A stretch of DNA of 64,000 nucleotides from Aeromicrobium sp. (GCF_047606445.1 NZ_JASGEK010000010.1:106944-170943); one strand, 5' to 3'. Counted from the stretch's first letter, positions 1-9,122 are shown. Notes: a model not told the origin generated them from the letters alone. Translations and numbers: made by a program.

Positions 1-213
1 AAGACCGCCGACGAGGTCAAGAGCATCCTGCAGGAGCAGGGCTTCACCGGCAGCATCCCGACGCAGACCGACTACTCCGACGAGTACGCCAAGGACATGG
101 TGATGGCGATCGATCCGAGCGAAGGAAGCCGGATCAGCCCGGACAGCACGATCACGCTGACCATCTCGCTCGGTCCCAAGCCGGAAGAGACGACGGCGAC
201 GCCCACGCCCTGA
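1..213 (+). CDS. pknB: C-terminal PASTA repeat of a Ser/Thr kinase (PknB/Stk1-like), partial
   Basis: Frame 1 reads KTADEVKSILQEQGF...DYSDEYAKDMVMAIDPSEGSRISPDSTITLTISLGP* (PASTA-like). Position next to DUF881/crgA is the usual pknB context. The kinase domain is outside the window. Confidence 0.7.
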   Translation, partial: KTADEVKSILQEQGFTGSIPTQTDYSDEYAKDMVMAIDPSEGSRISPDSTITLTISLGPKPEETTATPTP

Positions 214-278
214 CCGGAACATGCGACGAGGCCCGGCTCCCCTGGGGGCCGGGCCTCGTCGTCTCCGCGGGCGAGAGG

Positions 279-1007
279 CTACAGCGGGTCGATCACCTCG
301 GCATGCCGCACGTCGACGTGGCCGGTGTAGGCCGGGGCGACCACCGAGTCACGCGTCTCGGTCCGCAGCCCGAGCCCGAAGGCGCGCACGTACTCGCGGT
401 AGACCCGGACCTGCGAGGAGTCCTCCAGCGCCTGGGTCAGGTCGGCGGGAGCCCCCACCGCCTCGATGACATACGGCGGGGAGTAGGGGACGCCGTCGAC
501 GACGACCGTGCTGCCCACGCACTTGATGCCCGAGGTGGAGACGAGCCGCTGCCCCTGGAGGGTGACCGCCCGCGCGCCGCCCGACCACAGAGCGTTGACG
601 AATCCTTGGATGTCCTGTTGGTGCACGACGAGCTGATTGGGGTCCACCGCGCTCTCATCGGCGCTGCGCGGGGCGTCGGTCAGAGTGATCCGCAGACCGG
701 CCCCGGACACCGGCGACACGCCTGCCTCGACCGCAGCAGTGTCGCCGGCGGCCAGCAGTTGGTCGAGCTCCGGCGCGCCGACGGCCGACGACATCTCGGC
801 GATCTGCCGCTCCAACGACGTCGCGGTGTCACGCTGCTGCTCGACCTCGCGGGCGCGATCCTGCAACAGCACCGAGATGTCGCCACCTGCGGGCCGCAGA
901 TCGGAGCCGCGCGAGGTGACGGCGCTCGACACGAAGGCGTACCCGGCCGCCATGCCGACACACAGCGCGCCCATGCGCCACGCGCGCGACTGCGGTGGTA
1001 TCCCCAT
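279..1007 (-). CDS. DUF881 family protein
   Basis: Motifs VSGAGLRITLTDAP, LVVHQQDIQGFVNALWSGGARAVTLQGQRLVSTSGIKCVG and SPPYVIEAVG; lies beside crgA. Confidence 0.9.
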   Translation of the reverse strand: MGIPPQSRAWRMGALCVGMAAGYAFVSSAVTSRGSDLRPAGGDISVLLQDRAREVEQQRDTATSLERQIAEMSSAVGAPELDQLLAAGDTAAVEAGVSPVSGAGLRITLTDAPRSADESAVDPNQLVVHQQDIQGFVNALWSGGARAVTLQGQRLVSTSGIKCVGSTVVVDGVPYSPPYVIEAVGAPADLTQALEDSSQVRVYREYVRAFGLGLRTETRDSVVAPAYTGHVDVRHAEVIDPL

Positions 1008-1100
1008 GCCGACCTCCCGACCTCTGGCCGCTGAGACTACGCTAGCGGAGGCGTTCGCGCCCTGATCCTTCGCAATCCTTTGTCAACTTCGAGGTGTCCT

Positions 1101-1547
1101 GTGAGCAAGTCCGACTCCACATCCCGCATCCGTGGCGGCTGGTGGCATCCGGCCGCCATCGTCCTGGGCGTCCTGGGCCTCGGCTGGTTCGTGGCCTGGC
1201 TGTTCTACGGGATCGACACCAACCTGCCCGGACCGGAGATCCCCTCGTTCATCTCCGACCTCGGCAACTGGAACTGGGCGATCGCCGCAGCCCTCGCCTT
1301 GGCGGCGTCCTTCGTCGCGTCGAGCACGGCGCCCGAGCCCGAGCCGGGCGCGAGCCTCGGCTGGCGCTACGCCCCGCACCTGATGGTCGCCTGCGCGGTG
1401 ATCGGCCTGCTGTGGATCGTCACCTTCTACACGATCTCGAACACCGACATCGACATCCCGGTCATCACCGATCTGCAGAATTGGAATCTCGTGGTCGGCA
1501 TGGGCTTCATCGTCGCCGCCTTCGGCTTCGCCACGAAGTGGGAGTGA
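1101..1547 (+). CDS. crgA: Cell division protein CrgA with internal duplication
   Basis: C-terminal GLLWIVTFY...[13 protein letters not shown] CrgA motif; canonical position. GTG at 1101 chosen as start. Confidence 0.85.
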   Translation: MSKSDSTSRIRGGWWHPAAIVLGVLGLGWFVAWLFYGIDTNLPGPEIPSFISDLGNWNWAIAAALALAASFVASSTAPEPEPGASLGWRYAPHLMVACAVIGLLWIVTFYTISNTDIDIPVITDLQNWNLVVGMGFIVAAFGFATKWE

Positions 1548-1557
1548 CCCTCACCAC

Positions 1558-1601
1558 ACGCGAAGGGCGCGCCGGGTCCTCCCGGCGCGCCCTTCGCGTT
1601 T
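1558..1601 (+). terminator. Intrinsic terminator after crgA
   Basis: Perfect 19-bp stem acgcgaagggcgcgccggg / cccggcgcgcccttcgcgt with a tcct loop, followed by tt. Confidence 0.8.
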
Positions 1602-1632
1602 CTCCGCCGTTCACCGAATGACAGCGGTGTGA

Positions 1633-1694
1633 TTATGCACAGTGTGGATAACCTGTGTGGATAACTGTGGATCAGGGAGGCAGACTGGGGATAA
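1633..1694. promoter_or_regulatory. DnaA-box cluster 1 (off-origin)
   Basis: TTATGCACA 1633, TGTGGATAA 1643, TGTGGATAA 1656, TGTGGATCA 1666, TGGGGATAA 1686. Confidence 0.8.
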
Positions 1695-1700
1695 ACCCGC

Positions 1701-2546
1701 TCAGGCTGTGAGGGAGGCTGTGCGTAGCGCCACCACGACGACGGCGCCCGCCACCAGCATTGCCACCCCCAGCGTCTGCGCCAACGCCCCCCGGCGCGGC
1801 GCGACCAGCACGAGCACCAGGCCGAACAGCACCCCGGCGATGAAACCGCCGAGGTGGCCCTGCCAACTGATGCCCTCCCGCAGGCTGAACACGCCGTTGA
1901 TGAGCAACAACACCACGAGCGTGCTGACGTTCTGTCCGGCCTTGACCAAAGTCACCAAGGCGAAGCCGAAGAGCGCGAACACCGCGCCGGAGGCCCCGAC
2001 CGTCACCGTGTACGGATCGGTCAGCCAGAAGACCACGGCGCCGGAGAACAGCGCCGCCGCGAGATAGAACGCGACGAAGCGCGCCGCGCCGAGACGCTGT
2101 TCGAGGAACGGCCCGAACAGGTACAGCGCCATCATGTTGAACACCAGGTGCAGCAGGCCGTTGTGCAGGAAGGCGGAGGTGACGAGCCGCCAGTATTCGC
2201 CTCCGACCACACCGTCGACGACGCCGTGGTAGTTGACCTGGCCGCCGATGAGAGCGCCGTACGCGGTCAGCTGGTCGAAGGCCAACGGGCCGGTCAGCAG
2301 GTAGACAACGACGTTGACGCCGATCAGCGTCATCGTGGCCAGATTCTCGCGACCCGGCGCGGGGACAGCCCCCCCGGCGACCGTGCGCGGCTGTCGGACG
2401 GCCTTCGCTCCCGCCCTCACGCAGTCAGGACACTGGAAGCCGACCGACGCATCGCGCATGCAGTCGATACAGATCGGGCGCTCGCACCGCTGACACGCGA
2501 TATACGTCTCGCGGTCAGGGTGGCGATAACAGACGGGCTCGCTCAC
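1701..2546 (-). CDS. Rhomboid intramembrane serine protease with N-terminal B-box-like zinc finger
   Basis: CYRHPDRETYIACQRCERPICIDCM N-terminus; WRLVTSAFLH, GASGAVF catalytic Ser motif, SWQGHLGG. GTG at 2546 overlaps the ppiA stop. Confidence 0.92.
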   Translation of the reverse strand: MSEPVCYRHPDRETYIACQRCERPICIDCMRDASVGFQCPDCVRAGAKAVRQPRTVAGGAVPAPGRENLATMTLIGVNVVVYLLTGPLAFDQLTAYGALIGGQVNYHGVVDGVVGGEYWRLVTSAFLHNGLLHLVFNMMALYLFGPFLEQRLGAARFVAFYLAAALFSGAVVFWLTDPYTVTVGASGAVFALFGFALVTLVKAGQNVSTLVVLLLINGVFSLREGISWQGHLGGFIAGVLFGLVLVLVAPRRGALAQTLGVAMLVAGAVVVVALRTASLTA

Positions 2547-3070
2547 GCGCGCGCGATGTCGACCTTCTCGATGACGACCGGCCGCAGAGGCCGGTCGAAG
2601 TGGTCGGTGCGGGTGGTCGCGATGGCGTCGACGACCTTGCGGCCCTCGGGATCGACGACCTCGCCGAAGATCGTGTGCTTGCGGTTCAGGTGCGGCGTGG
2701 CGCCGACCGTGATGAAGAACTGCGAGCCGTTGGTGCCCGGACCGGCGTTGGCCATCGCCAGCAGGTAGGGGCGGTCGAACTTCTTCTCCGGATGGAACTC
2801 GTCGCCGAAGGCGTAGCCCGGACCGCCGGTGCCGGTGCCGAGCGGGCAGCCGCCCTGGATCATGAAACCGGAGATGACCCGGTGGAAGCCGAGGCCGTCG
2901 TAGAACGGACGCGTGGTGACCGCGCCGGAGGTGGGGTCGACCCACTCCTTCGTGCCCTCGGCCAGGCCGACGAAGTTCTCGACCGTGGTCGGCGCATGAT
3001 GCTCGAACAACTCGATCGGAATATCCCCGAGATTGGTGTGTAACGTCGCGATCAGCGATGAGGCGGCCAC
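2543..3070 (-). CDS. ppiA: Cyclophilin-type peptidyl-prolyl cis-trans isomerase
   Basis: FHRVISGFMIQGGCPLGTGTGGPGY, LAMANAGPGTNGSQFFIT, HLNRKHTIFG. Start placed at GTG 3070 (ORF track begins at 3124). Confidence 0.95.
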   Translation of the reverse strand: MAASSLIATLHTNLGDIPIELFEHHAPTTVENFVGLAEGTKEWVDPTSGAVTTRPFYDGLGFHRVISGFMIQGGCPLGTGTGGPGYAFGDEFHPEKKFDRPYLLAMANAGPGTNGSQFFITVGATPHLNRKHTIFGEVVDPEGRKVVDAIATTRTDHFDRPLRPVVIEKVDIARA

Positions 3071-3200
3071 GAGATTCCTTTCACATGCGAATTCTTGCTT
3101 TAGTCTCCCACGCGGGACTGACACGACCGGCCACCGACGCGCGCGCGGCGCGCGCTGTCGTCGGAATCACCCGCGTTCTCACCCCCTCTACAGTGATCCT

Positions 3201-3320
3201 ATGAAGCTGACTGGACGCCGCCTCCTGCTCGCCGCCGTCGCCGCGACCACCGCCGCCGTGGTGGTCCGGCTGGCCACCGCCGACCGCGGTGGCGTGTACG
3301 ACCCGGAGGAGCAGCGATGA
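3201..3320 (+). CDS. Small (39 aa) single-helix membrane or secreted peptide
   Basis: MKLTGRRLLLAAVAATTAAVVVRLATADRGGVYDPEEQR; TACAGT -10 lies 6 nt before the ATG; stop overlaps the next ATG (ATGA). Confidence 0.6.
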   Translation: MKLTGRRLLLAAVAATTAAVVVRLATADRGGVYDPEEQR

Positions 3321-4102
3321 GCCCGACCCCGACCGTCACCGTCGAACGCCACGGGGAGGTCGCCGTCCTCACCTTCGCCGACGGCGAGGTCAACCTCTAC
3401 TCGCGGGCGATGCACGAGGCTTTCGACGCCGCGCTCGACGAGCTCGACGCCGATCCGCCGCGCGCGCTGGTGATCCGCGCCGAGGGCCGCCTGGTCTCCG
3501 GCGGGGTCGACGTCGCGGAGTTCTACGCGCGCAAGAGCAAGGACGACACGAAGGCGCTCTACGACGACATGATGGCGCTGCCGGACCGCCTCGACGCGCT
3601 CGACTACCCGACGATCTTCGCCGCGCACGGCCTGACACTGACCTGGGCGCTGGAGGTCGCGCTGGCCTGCGACCTGCTGCTGGCGGCGCCCCGGGCGAAG
3701 TTCGGGCTGGTCGAGCGGGTCATCGGCCTGACCCCGACGATGGGCGGCACACAACGGTTCGCGGCGCGGGCCGGGGTCGCCCGGGCCAAGGAGTTCGTGT
3801 TCACCGGCGAGCTGTACGACGCGGCCACGCTGGAGCGCTGGAACGTCGTCAACCGGGTGCTCGACGGCGACGACTTCGACGCGGCCGTCCTGTCCTTCAC
3901 CGAGCAGATCGCGGTCGGCCCGACGAAGGCCTTCGGCGCGGCCAAGCAGATCCTGCGCCACTACGAGGTCGGCGGCGTGCCCGAGGCGGTCGAGCACACC
4001 ACCGCCATCGCCGCCGGGCTCTTCGACACCGAGGACCTGCAGCACGGCATGAAGTCGTTCCTCGACAACGGCCCCGGCAAGGCTGTCTTCACCGGCCGCT
4101 GA
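3317..4102 (+). CDS. Enoyl-CoA hydratase/isomerase family protein
   Basis: VAVLTF, SGGVDV, PTIFAAHG, EVALACDLLLA, KFGLVE...P MGGTQRF crotonase motifs. Confidence 0.92.
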   Translation: MSPTPTVTVERHGEVAVLTFADGEVNLYSRAMHEAFDAALDELDADPPRALVIRAEGRLVSGGVDVAEFYARKSKDDTKALYDDMMALPDRLDALDYPTIFAAHGLTLTWALEVALACDLLLAAPRAKFGLVERVIGLTPTMGGTQRFAARAGVARAKEFVFTGELYDAATLERWNVVNRVLDGDDFDAAVLSFTEQIAVGPTKAFGAAKQILRHYEVGGVPEAVEHTTAIAAGLFDTEDLQHGMKSFLDNGPGKAVFTGR

Positions 4103-4183
4103 CCCGGGTCACCTTCTTCCCAGATGTGCGCCAAGTTCAACCGTTTTCCTTCGCAGATTCGGTTGAACTGGGCGCAAATCTGG
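4096..4183 (+). repeat. REP/MITE-like palindromic element, copy 1
   Basis: ccgctgacccgggtcaccttcttcccagatgtgcgccaagttcaaccg-loop-cggttgaactgggcgcaaatctgg; near-identical inverted copy at 6642-6731. Confidence 0.85.
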
Positions 4184-4191
4184 TGGGAACG

Positions 4192-4539
4192 CTAGCCCTG
4201 GGCGGCGGTGAGGACGGTGCGGGTGGCGCGGCGCTCGGCCCAGAAGCTGACGAAGGGGACGCAAGCCAGCAGGATCGTGGTCAGCGTGAAGGCCGGCGTC
4301 CAGCGGTGCTTCGTCGCGAGCATGGCGATGAGCACCAGCAGGATCATGAACAGCAGGCCGTGCACCTGGTCGATGACCATGAAGGTGTTCTGCACGTCCT
4401 CACGGTTCCACCACGAGGTGTCGTCGGTCAGCAGCTTGCCGAGGAAACCGGCCATCACGACCAAGAGATTGAGGCCCACGATGGTGGCCATGACCTGATA
4501 GGGCCGCAGCGGCCCGAGTTCTGACGTCGTCTCGCTCAC
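4192..4539 (-). CDS. DUF3817 family membrane protein
   Basis: HGLLFMILLV...ACVPFVSFWAERR signature; paired with SURF1. Confidence 0.85.
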   Translation of the reverse strand: MSETTSELGPLRPYQVMATIVGLNLLVVMAGFLGKLLTDDTSWWNREDVQNTFMVIDQVHGLLFMILLVLIAMLATKHRWTPAFTLTTILLACVPFVSFWAERRATRTVLTAAQG

Positions 4540-5306
4540 GGCGTCAGGCTATCGGCCGGAACCAGACGTTCGGCCGCCCGTTGGTCAGCCACCATGTCGC
4601 GACCCCAGCGCCACCACATGAACAGCGCGAAGAGGCCGAAAGCCCACCACTGCGTCGCATAGGCGAGATTGCGCATGCCGACCATGAAGGAGACGTCCGG
4701 CTCGGGCACCTCCGCGAGTTCCAATCCCGAGGCGACCTCGGCGGTCGTGCTGATGCCGTAGCCGGGGAACAGCGCGTAGGGCAGCTCGTTGACCAGGGCC
4801 GGGACGCGCACTGCGGGAACGACCCGCTCGTCGGCGGGCGGAGCCACCTCGGCCGCCGGCTCACCCGGCTCCAACACCATCCGCACCGTCTGCTCGCCGG
4901 GTGGCGGCGCGGGCAGGTCACCGGCCTCGGTCGAGAACCCCCGGACCACGAGGATCGCCTCGTCCGGGGCGGTCGCCAACGGCGTCAGCAGCCAGTAGCC
5001 GTCGACGCCGTCCTGCGTCCGTCCCGACACCCAGCGCTGCTCGTCCGTCGCGCCGAACTCGCCCGTGACGGTCACCGGCCGGTGGTTCATCACGTCGCGG
5101 AACGGCTCGCCCGTCGTCCAGACCTCCTCGATCGGGACCGTCGGCACCTCCTGCCGATCCGCCCGCTCATGCTCCTGGCGCTGGTCGTAGACGCCCAGCT
5201 GCCAGGAGCCGCCGACGGCGCAGAAGGTCGCCGCGACGAGCGCCACGAGGTGCAGCCCCCACATGCGGGGGCGCAGCCACGCTCGCAGTGTCTCGCCGGC
5301 GCCCAC
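4536..5306 (-). CDS. SURF1 family protein
   Basis: GSWQLGVY N-terminal TM, PVTVTGEF, GYWLLTPL, ILVVRGF, NLAYATQWWAFGLF. Confidence 0.9.
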   Translation of the reverse strand: MGAGETLRAWLRPRMWGLHLVALVAATFCAVGGSWQLGVYDQRQEHERADRQEVPTVPIEEVWTTGEPFRDVMNHRPVTVTGEFGATDEQRWVSGRTQDGVDGYWLLTPLATAPDEAILVVRGFSTEAGDLPAPPPGEQTVRMVLEPGEPAAEVAPPADERVVPAVRVPALVNELPYALFPGYGISTTAEVASGLELAEVPEPDVSFMVGMRNLAYATQWWAFGLFALFMWWRWGRDMVADQRAAERLVPADSLTP

Positions 5307-5320
5307 CTGTCAGGCCGTGA

Positions 5321-6589
5321 TCAGGCCGACGGCGGCAGGTCGGGGTAGAGCGGGAAGCGCTCGGCCAGCACGGCGGTGCGCCGGCGCAGCGACTCCAGGT
5401 CGGCGCCCGGCTTGAGCGCCTCGGCGATGACGTCGGCGACCTCGGCGAACTCCTCGGCGCCGAAGCCGCGCGTGGCGAGCGCCGGGGTGCCGACGCGCAG
5501 GCCGGAGGTGACCTTCGGCGGGCGCGGGTCGTTCGGGACCGCGTTGCGGTTGACCGTGATGCCGACCTCGTGCAGCCGGTCCTCGGCCTGCTGGCCGTCG
5601 AACTCGGAGTTCCGCAGGTCGACGAGCACCAGGTGGACGTCGGTGCCGCCGGACAGCACCGCGACGCCCGCCTCGGCGACGTCGGACTGGGTCAGCCGGT
5701 CGGCGATGAGCTTGGCGCCCTCGAGGGTGCGCTGCTGGCGGTCGGCGAAACCGTCCTCCAACGCCATCTTGAAGGCGACGGCCTTCGCGGCGATGACGTG
5801 CTCCAGCGGGCCGCCCTGCTGCCCGGGGAAGACCGCCGACTGCAGCTTCTTCGGCACGTCGGGGTCGTTGCTGAGGATCGCGCCGCCGCGCGGGCCGCCG
5901 AGGGTCTTGTGCGTGGTGGTCGAGACGACGTGCGCGTGCGGCAGCGGGCTCGGGTGCAGGCCGGCGGCGACGAGACCGGCGAAGTGCGCCATGTCGACCC
6001 ACAGGTAGGCGCCCACCTCGTCGGCGATCTCACGGAAGGCGGCGAAGTCGAGCTGGCGGGGGTAGGCCGACCAGCCGGCGATGATGACCTTCGGCTGGTG
6101 CTCGCGGGCGAGCTCGCGGACCTCGTCCATGTCGACGATTCCGGCGTCGTCGACGTGGTACGGGACGACGTGGTAGAGGCGGCCGGAGAAGTTGATCTTC
6201 ATGCCGTGCGTCAGGTGGCCGCCGTTGGCGAGGTCGAGGCCGAGGATCGTGTCGCCGGCGCGCGCGATGGCGTGCAGGACCGCGGCGTTGGCGCTGGCGC
6301 CGGAGTGCGGCTGGACGTTGGCGTAGTCGGCGTCGAAGAGCTGCTTGAGCCGGTCGATGGCGATCTGCTCGACCTGGTCGACGACCTCGCAGCCGCCGTA
6401 GTACCGCGCGCCCGGGTAGCCCTCGGCGTACTTGTTCGTCAGGACGCTGCCGTTGGCCTGCAGCGAGGCGACGGGGGCGAAGTTCTCCGACGCGATCATC
6501 TCCAACGTGGTCTGCTGGCGGGCGAGCTCGGCGTCGATCAGCGCGGCGATCTCGGGATCGGCCACGGACAGGGGCGCGTTGTGGTCCAT
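5321..6589 (-). CDS. glyA: Serine hydroxymethyltransferase
   Basis: [50 protein letters not shown] site, SGLRVGTPA. Confidence 0.98.
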   Translation of the reverse strand: MDHNAPLSVADPEIAALIDAELARQQTTLEMIASENFAPVASLQANGSVLTNKYAEGYPGARYYGGCEVVDQVEQIAIDRLKQLFDADYANVQPHSGASANAAVLHAIARAGDTILGLDLANGGHLTHGMKINFSGRLYHVVPYHVDDAGIVDMDEVRELAREHQPKVIIAGWSAYPRQLDFAAFREIADEVGAYLWVDMAHFAGLVAAGLHPSPLPHAHVVSTTTHKTLGGPRGGAILSNDPDVPKKLQSAVFPGQQGGPLEHVIAAKAVAFKMALEDGFADRQQRTLEGAKLIADRLTQSDVAEAGVAVLSGGTDVHLVLVDLRNSEFDGQQAEDRLHEVGITVNRNAVPNDPRPPKVTSGLRVGTPALATRGFGAEEFAEVADVIAEALKPGADLESLRRRTAVLAERFPLYPDLPPSA

Positions 6590-6641
6590 GCGCGCAAGCC
6601 TACCGGCGCTCCCCCGCCCTCCGTCCTCCGCTCGGTCCCTG

Positions 6642-6731
6642 CCAGATTTGCGCCAAGTTCAACCGAAACGTCAATGGGAAACGGTTGAACTTGGCGCAAA
6701 TCTGGGAAGAAGGTGACCCCAGGGTCAGCGG
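6642..6731 (-). repeat. REP/MITE-like palindromic element, copy 2 (inverted)
   Basis: Reverse complement reads ccgctgaccctggggtcaccttcttcccagatttgcgccaagttcaaccg-loop-cggttgaacttggcgcaaatctgg. Confidence 0.85.
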
Positions 6732-7453
6732 GGGCGGGCGGCGGCGACGGTGCGGGCGCGGTGCTCGACGGTGTCGTCGAGGTCGCCGGGGGTGAAGGAG
6801 CCGTGACGACGGACCACGGCCCGCTCGATGAGGAAGTCGGCGACGAGCGGATTCTTCGGCAGCAGCGAGCCGTGCAGGTAGCTGCCGACGACGTTGCGGT
6901 GGCGCACGCCCTCGGTGCCGTCCTCGCCGTTGTTGCCCGCCCCGGCCAGGACCCGGCCGAACGGCGTGGCGCCCGCGCCGAGATAGGTCTTCCCGCTGTG
7001 GTTCTCGTAACCGATGACCTGCCCGAACTCGGACGATTCCGTGACGATATTGCCGATCAGCCGCTCCTGGCCGCCGATCGTCTCGATGTCGAGCAGGCCG
7101 ATCCCCTCGATCATCTCGCCCTCCAGAGTCCGGAAGAAGCGACCGAACAATTGGTACAGCCCACAGATCGCGAGCATCGGCACGTCGTCCTCGGCCCACT
7201 CGCGCAGCCGGGGGCCGATGGCGCGCAGGTCAGTCTGGATGACGCCCTGGCCGGAGTCCTGCCCCCCGCCGCCGACGACGAGGTCGACGTCCTCGGGGAA
7301 GGCCTCGCCGGGGTCGTAGCCGACGACGACCGGCGTGTAGCCGTGCCACTCCAGGCGGCGGCTCAGCGTGAGGACGTTGCCCCAGTCGCCGTAGATGTTC
7401 ATATCGCGCGGGTACAGCTGCAGGATCGTGACCGCGCCCTTGCTCTCGCTCAT
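6725..7453 (-). CDS. gatD: CobQ-like glutamine amidotransferase (GatD)
   Basis: LYPRDMNIYGDWGN, GGGQDSGQ, LAICGLYQLFG, GYENHSG, GSYLHGSLLPKN. Confidence 0.92.
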   Translation of the reverse strand: MSESKGAVTILQLYPRDMNIYGDWGNVLTLSRRLEWHGYTPVVVGYDPGEAFPEDVDLVVGGGGQDSGQGVIQTDLRAIGPRLREWAEDDVPMLAICGLYQLFGRFFRTLEGEMIEGIGLLDIETIGGQERLIGNIVTESSEFGQVIGYENHSGKTYLGAGATPFGRVLAGAGNNGEDGTEGVRHRNVVGSYLHGSLLPKNPLVADFLIERAVVRRHGSFTPGDLDDTVEHRARTVAAARPR

Positions 7454-8751
7454 GCCACCTCCTCCACGTCGGTGATCCGGGCGAGCTCTTTGCGCAAGGC
7501 GAGCATCGCGGTGTAGGTGGTGAAGATCCGTTTCGGCGCGTCAGCGTGCTCGCGCAGGAAGGCGCGCAGCGCGTCGGCGAGGTCGGGCTCGACGGCCGCC
7601 ACCGGGACGTCGTCGTACTTCAACCGCAGCGCCATGTCCCAGGCGCGCGTGCCGGTGACCTGCGCGACCCCCGTCTCCCGCAGCGCCTCGAAGGAGACGT
7701 CCCACAGCCAGCTCATATCGCGACCGTCGGCGTACTGGTCGTTGATCGCGATCATCGTCGCGTGGCCCTCGGAGGGGAAGGACGCCAGGCTCAGCCGGAA
7801 GCCCGCCGGATTCTTGACGAGCACCAACTCCACCGGCTGCCCGTCGACCTCCACCTGCTCGCCGCGGCCGAAGGCGGGCGTGACCTGCGACAGCGCGGTC
7901 AACAGCGCGGGCCCGTCGAGCCGGTCGCCGGCGACCTGGCGCACCAGCGCGAGCGCGGCGGCGGCGTTGAAGACGTTGTGGACGCCGCGCAGCGCGAGGT
8001 CGACCTCGACCAGGCGGCCCTCAATGACGAAGCTCCCCCGGTCGCCCTCGACTCCGGCCAGCTCGACGTCGGCCGCGCGCGTCGGCTCGGCGGCCGGCGA
8101 CGGACCGCTGTGCAGGTCGTTGTCGCTGGGGAAGATGTGCGCGAGCGACGGGTCGAAGCCGAACCAGGCGACGTCCCGCCCGGCCACATGGTCGGCCAGC
8201 GCGGCGACCCGAGGGTCCTCGCGGTTGAGCACGACGCCGTCGGTGGTGGCCTCGGCGATGGCCTGGAGCATGCGCGCGGTCGTGTCGATCTCGCCGAAGC
8301 GGTCGAGCTGGTCGCGCATGACGTTGAGCAGCAGGCTGTGGCGCGGCCGGACGAGTTTGACGAAGTGGACCGCGTGGGCCTCGTCGAGCTCCAGCACCGC
8401 GATGTCGGCGTCGAGACGGCCTTTGAAGTCGACCTCGGCGACGAGCGCCGCCGCCACGCCGCGCACGAAGTTGCTGCCGGTGCGGTTGGTGAACACCTTC
8501 AAGCCCTGGCTCTGGAGGAGTTCGGTGACCATCTTGGTGGTGGTGGTCTTGCCGTTCGTGCCGCTGACGACGACCACGCCGCGTGGCAGCTGGGCGAGCA
8601 CCGACGGGACGAAGCCGGGGTCGCGGCGCTCGATGACCAGGCCGGGCAGCGCTGAGCCACCGCCGCGCAGCCGGGCGAGCGCGCGCACGAGCTTGCCCAC
8701 CACGATGGTCGAACGCCTCACCGCGGGCCGTCGTTCAGGCAACGTCGTCAC
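7450..8751 (-). CDS. murT: MurT-type Mur ligase (lipid II isoglutamyl amidation)
   Basis: VSGTNGKTTTT, NRTGSN, LELDEA, LNVMRDQLDRFGE, LVKNPAGF, ADGRDMSWLWDV (DUF1727); coupled to gatD. Confidence 0.92.
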   Translation of the reverse strand: MTTLPERRPAVRRSTIVVGKLVRALARLRGGGSALPGLVIERRDPGFVPSVLAQLPRGVVVVSGTNGKTTTTKMVTELLQSQGLKVFTNRTGSNFVRGVAAALVAEVDFKGRLDADIAVLELDEAHAVHFVKLVRPRHSLLLNVMRDQLDRFGEIDTTARMLQAIAEATTDGVVLNREDPRVAALADHVAGRDVAWFGFDPSLAHIFPSDNDLHSGPSPAAEPTRAADVELAGVEGDRGSFVIEGRLVEVDLALRGVHNVFNAAAALALVRQVAGDRLDGPALLTALSQVTPAFGRGEQVEVDGQPVELVLVKNPAGFRLSLASFPSEGHATMIAINDQYADGRDMSWLWDVSFEALRETGVAQVTGTRAWDMALRLKYDDVPVAAVEPDLADALRAFLREHADAPKRIFTTYTAMLALRKELARITDVEEVA

Positions 8752-8795
8752 CCTGCGAGCCTACGGGACCAGGCGCGTGAATGACACCTGTGTAG

Positions 8796-9112
8796 TTATC
8801 CCCAGGTCTGTGCACAACCTGGGGATAAACCTGGGCGCCTGATGTGGAACGACCAGACGACTGATCGTATGGCCGTCGTCGTTCATTCACAGGCTCCTCC
8901 CCCACCCTCGTCTGCCTGCTCGTGAGACGGCATCGGGTGACAGGTGTCCGCCGACCCTGGAATACCAGCCGTCATCACGAAATGTCCGAGGCCTCCGCTA
9001 ACCTGGCGCGGGCTTCTCGCAGGCCCGTCGACCACGAATGACCGTCGCGTAATCACACCGATGTAGTTTTCCCCAGACGTGTCCACAGACTGTGGGTAAC
9101 GCTGTGTCCACA
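8796..9112. promoter_or_regulatory. DnaA-box cluster 2 (off-origin)
   Basis: TTATCCCCA 8796, CTGTGCACA 8808, TGGGGATAA 8820, TCATTCACA 8883, TTTTCCCCA 9067, GTGTCCACA 9079, TGTGGGTAA 9091, GTGTCCACA 9104. Confidence 0.7.
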
Positions 9113-9122
9113 GGAGGCCGCC

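Noticed and set aside
6590-6640. ZTP or glycine riboswitch upstream of glyA
   Set aside because: TAGGCT lies 7 nt from the ATG (leaderless), leaving no leader, and no riboswitch consensus is visible.
1633-9112. Second replication origin at the off-origin DnaA clusters
   Set aside because: No DnaA-trio run or AT-rich unwinding element adjoins them, whereas the dnaA-dnaN region has one.
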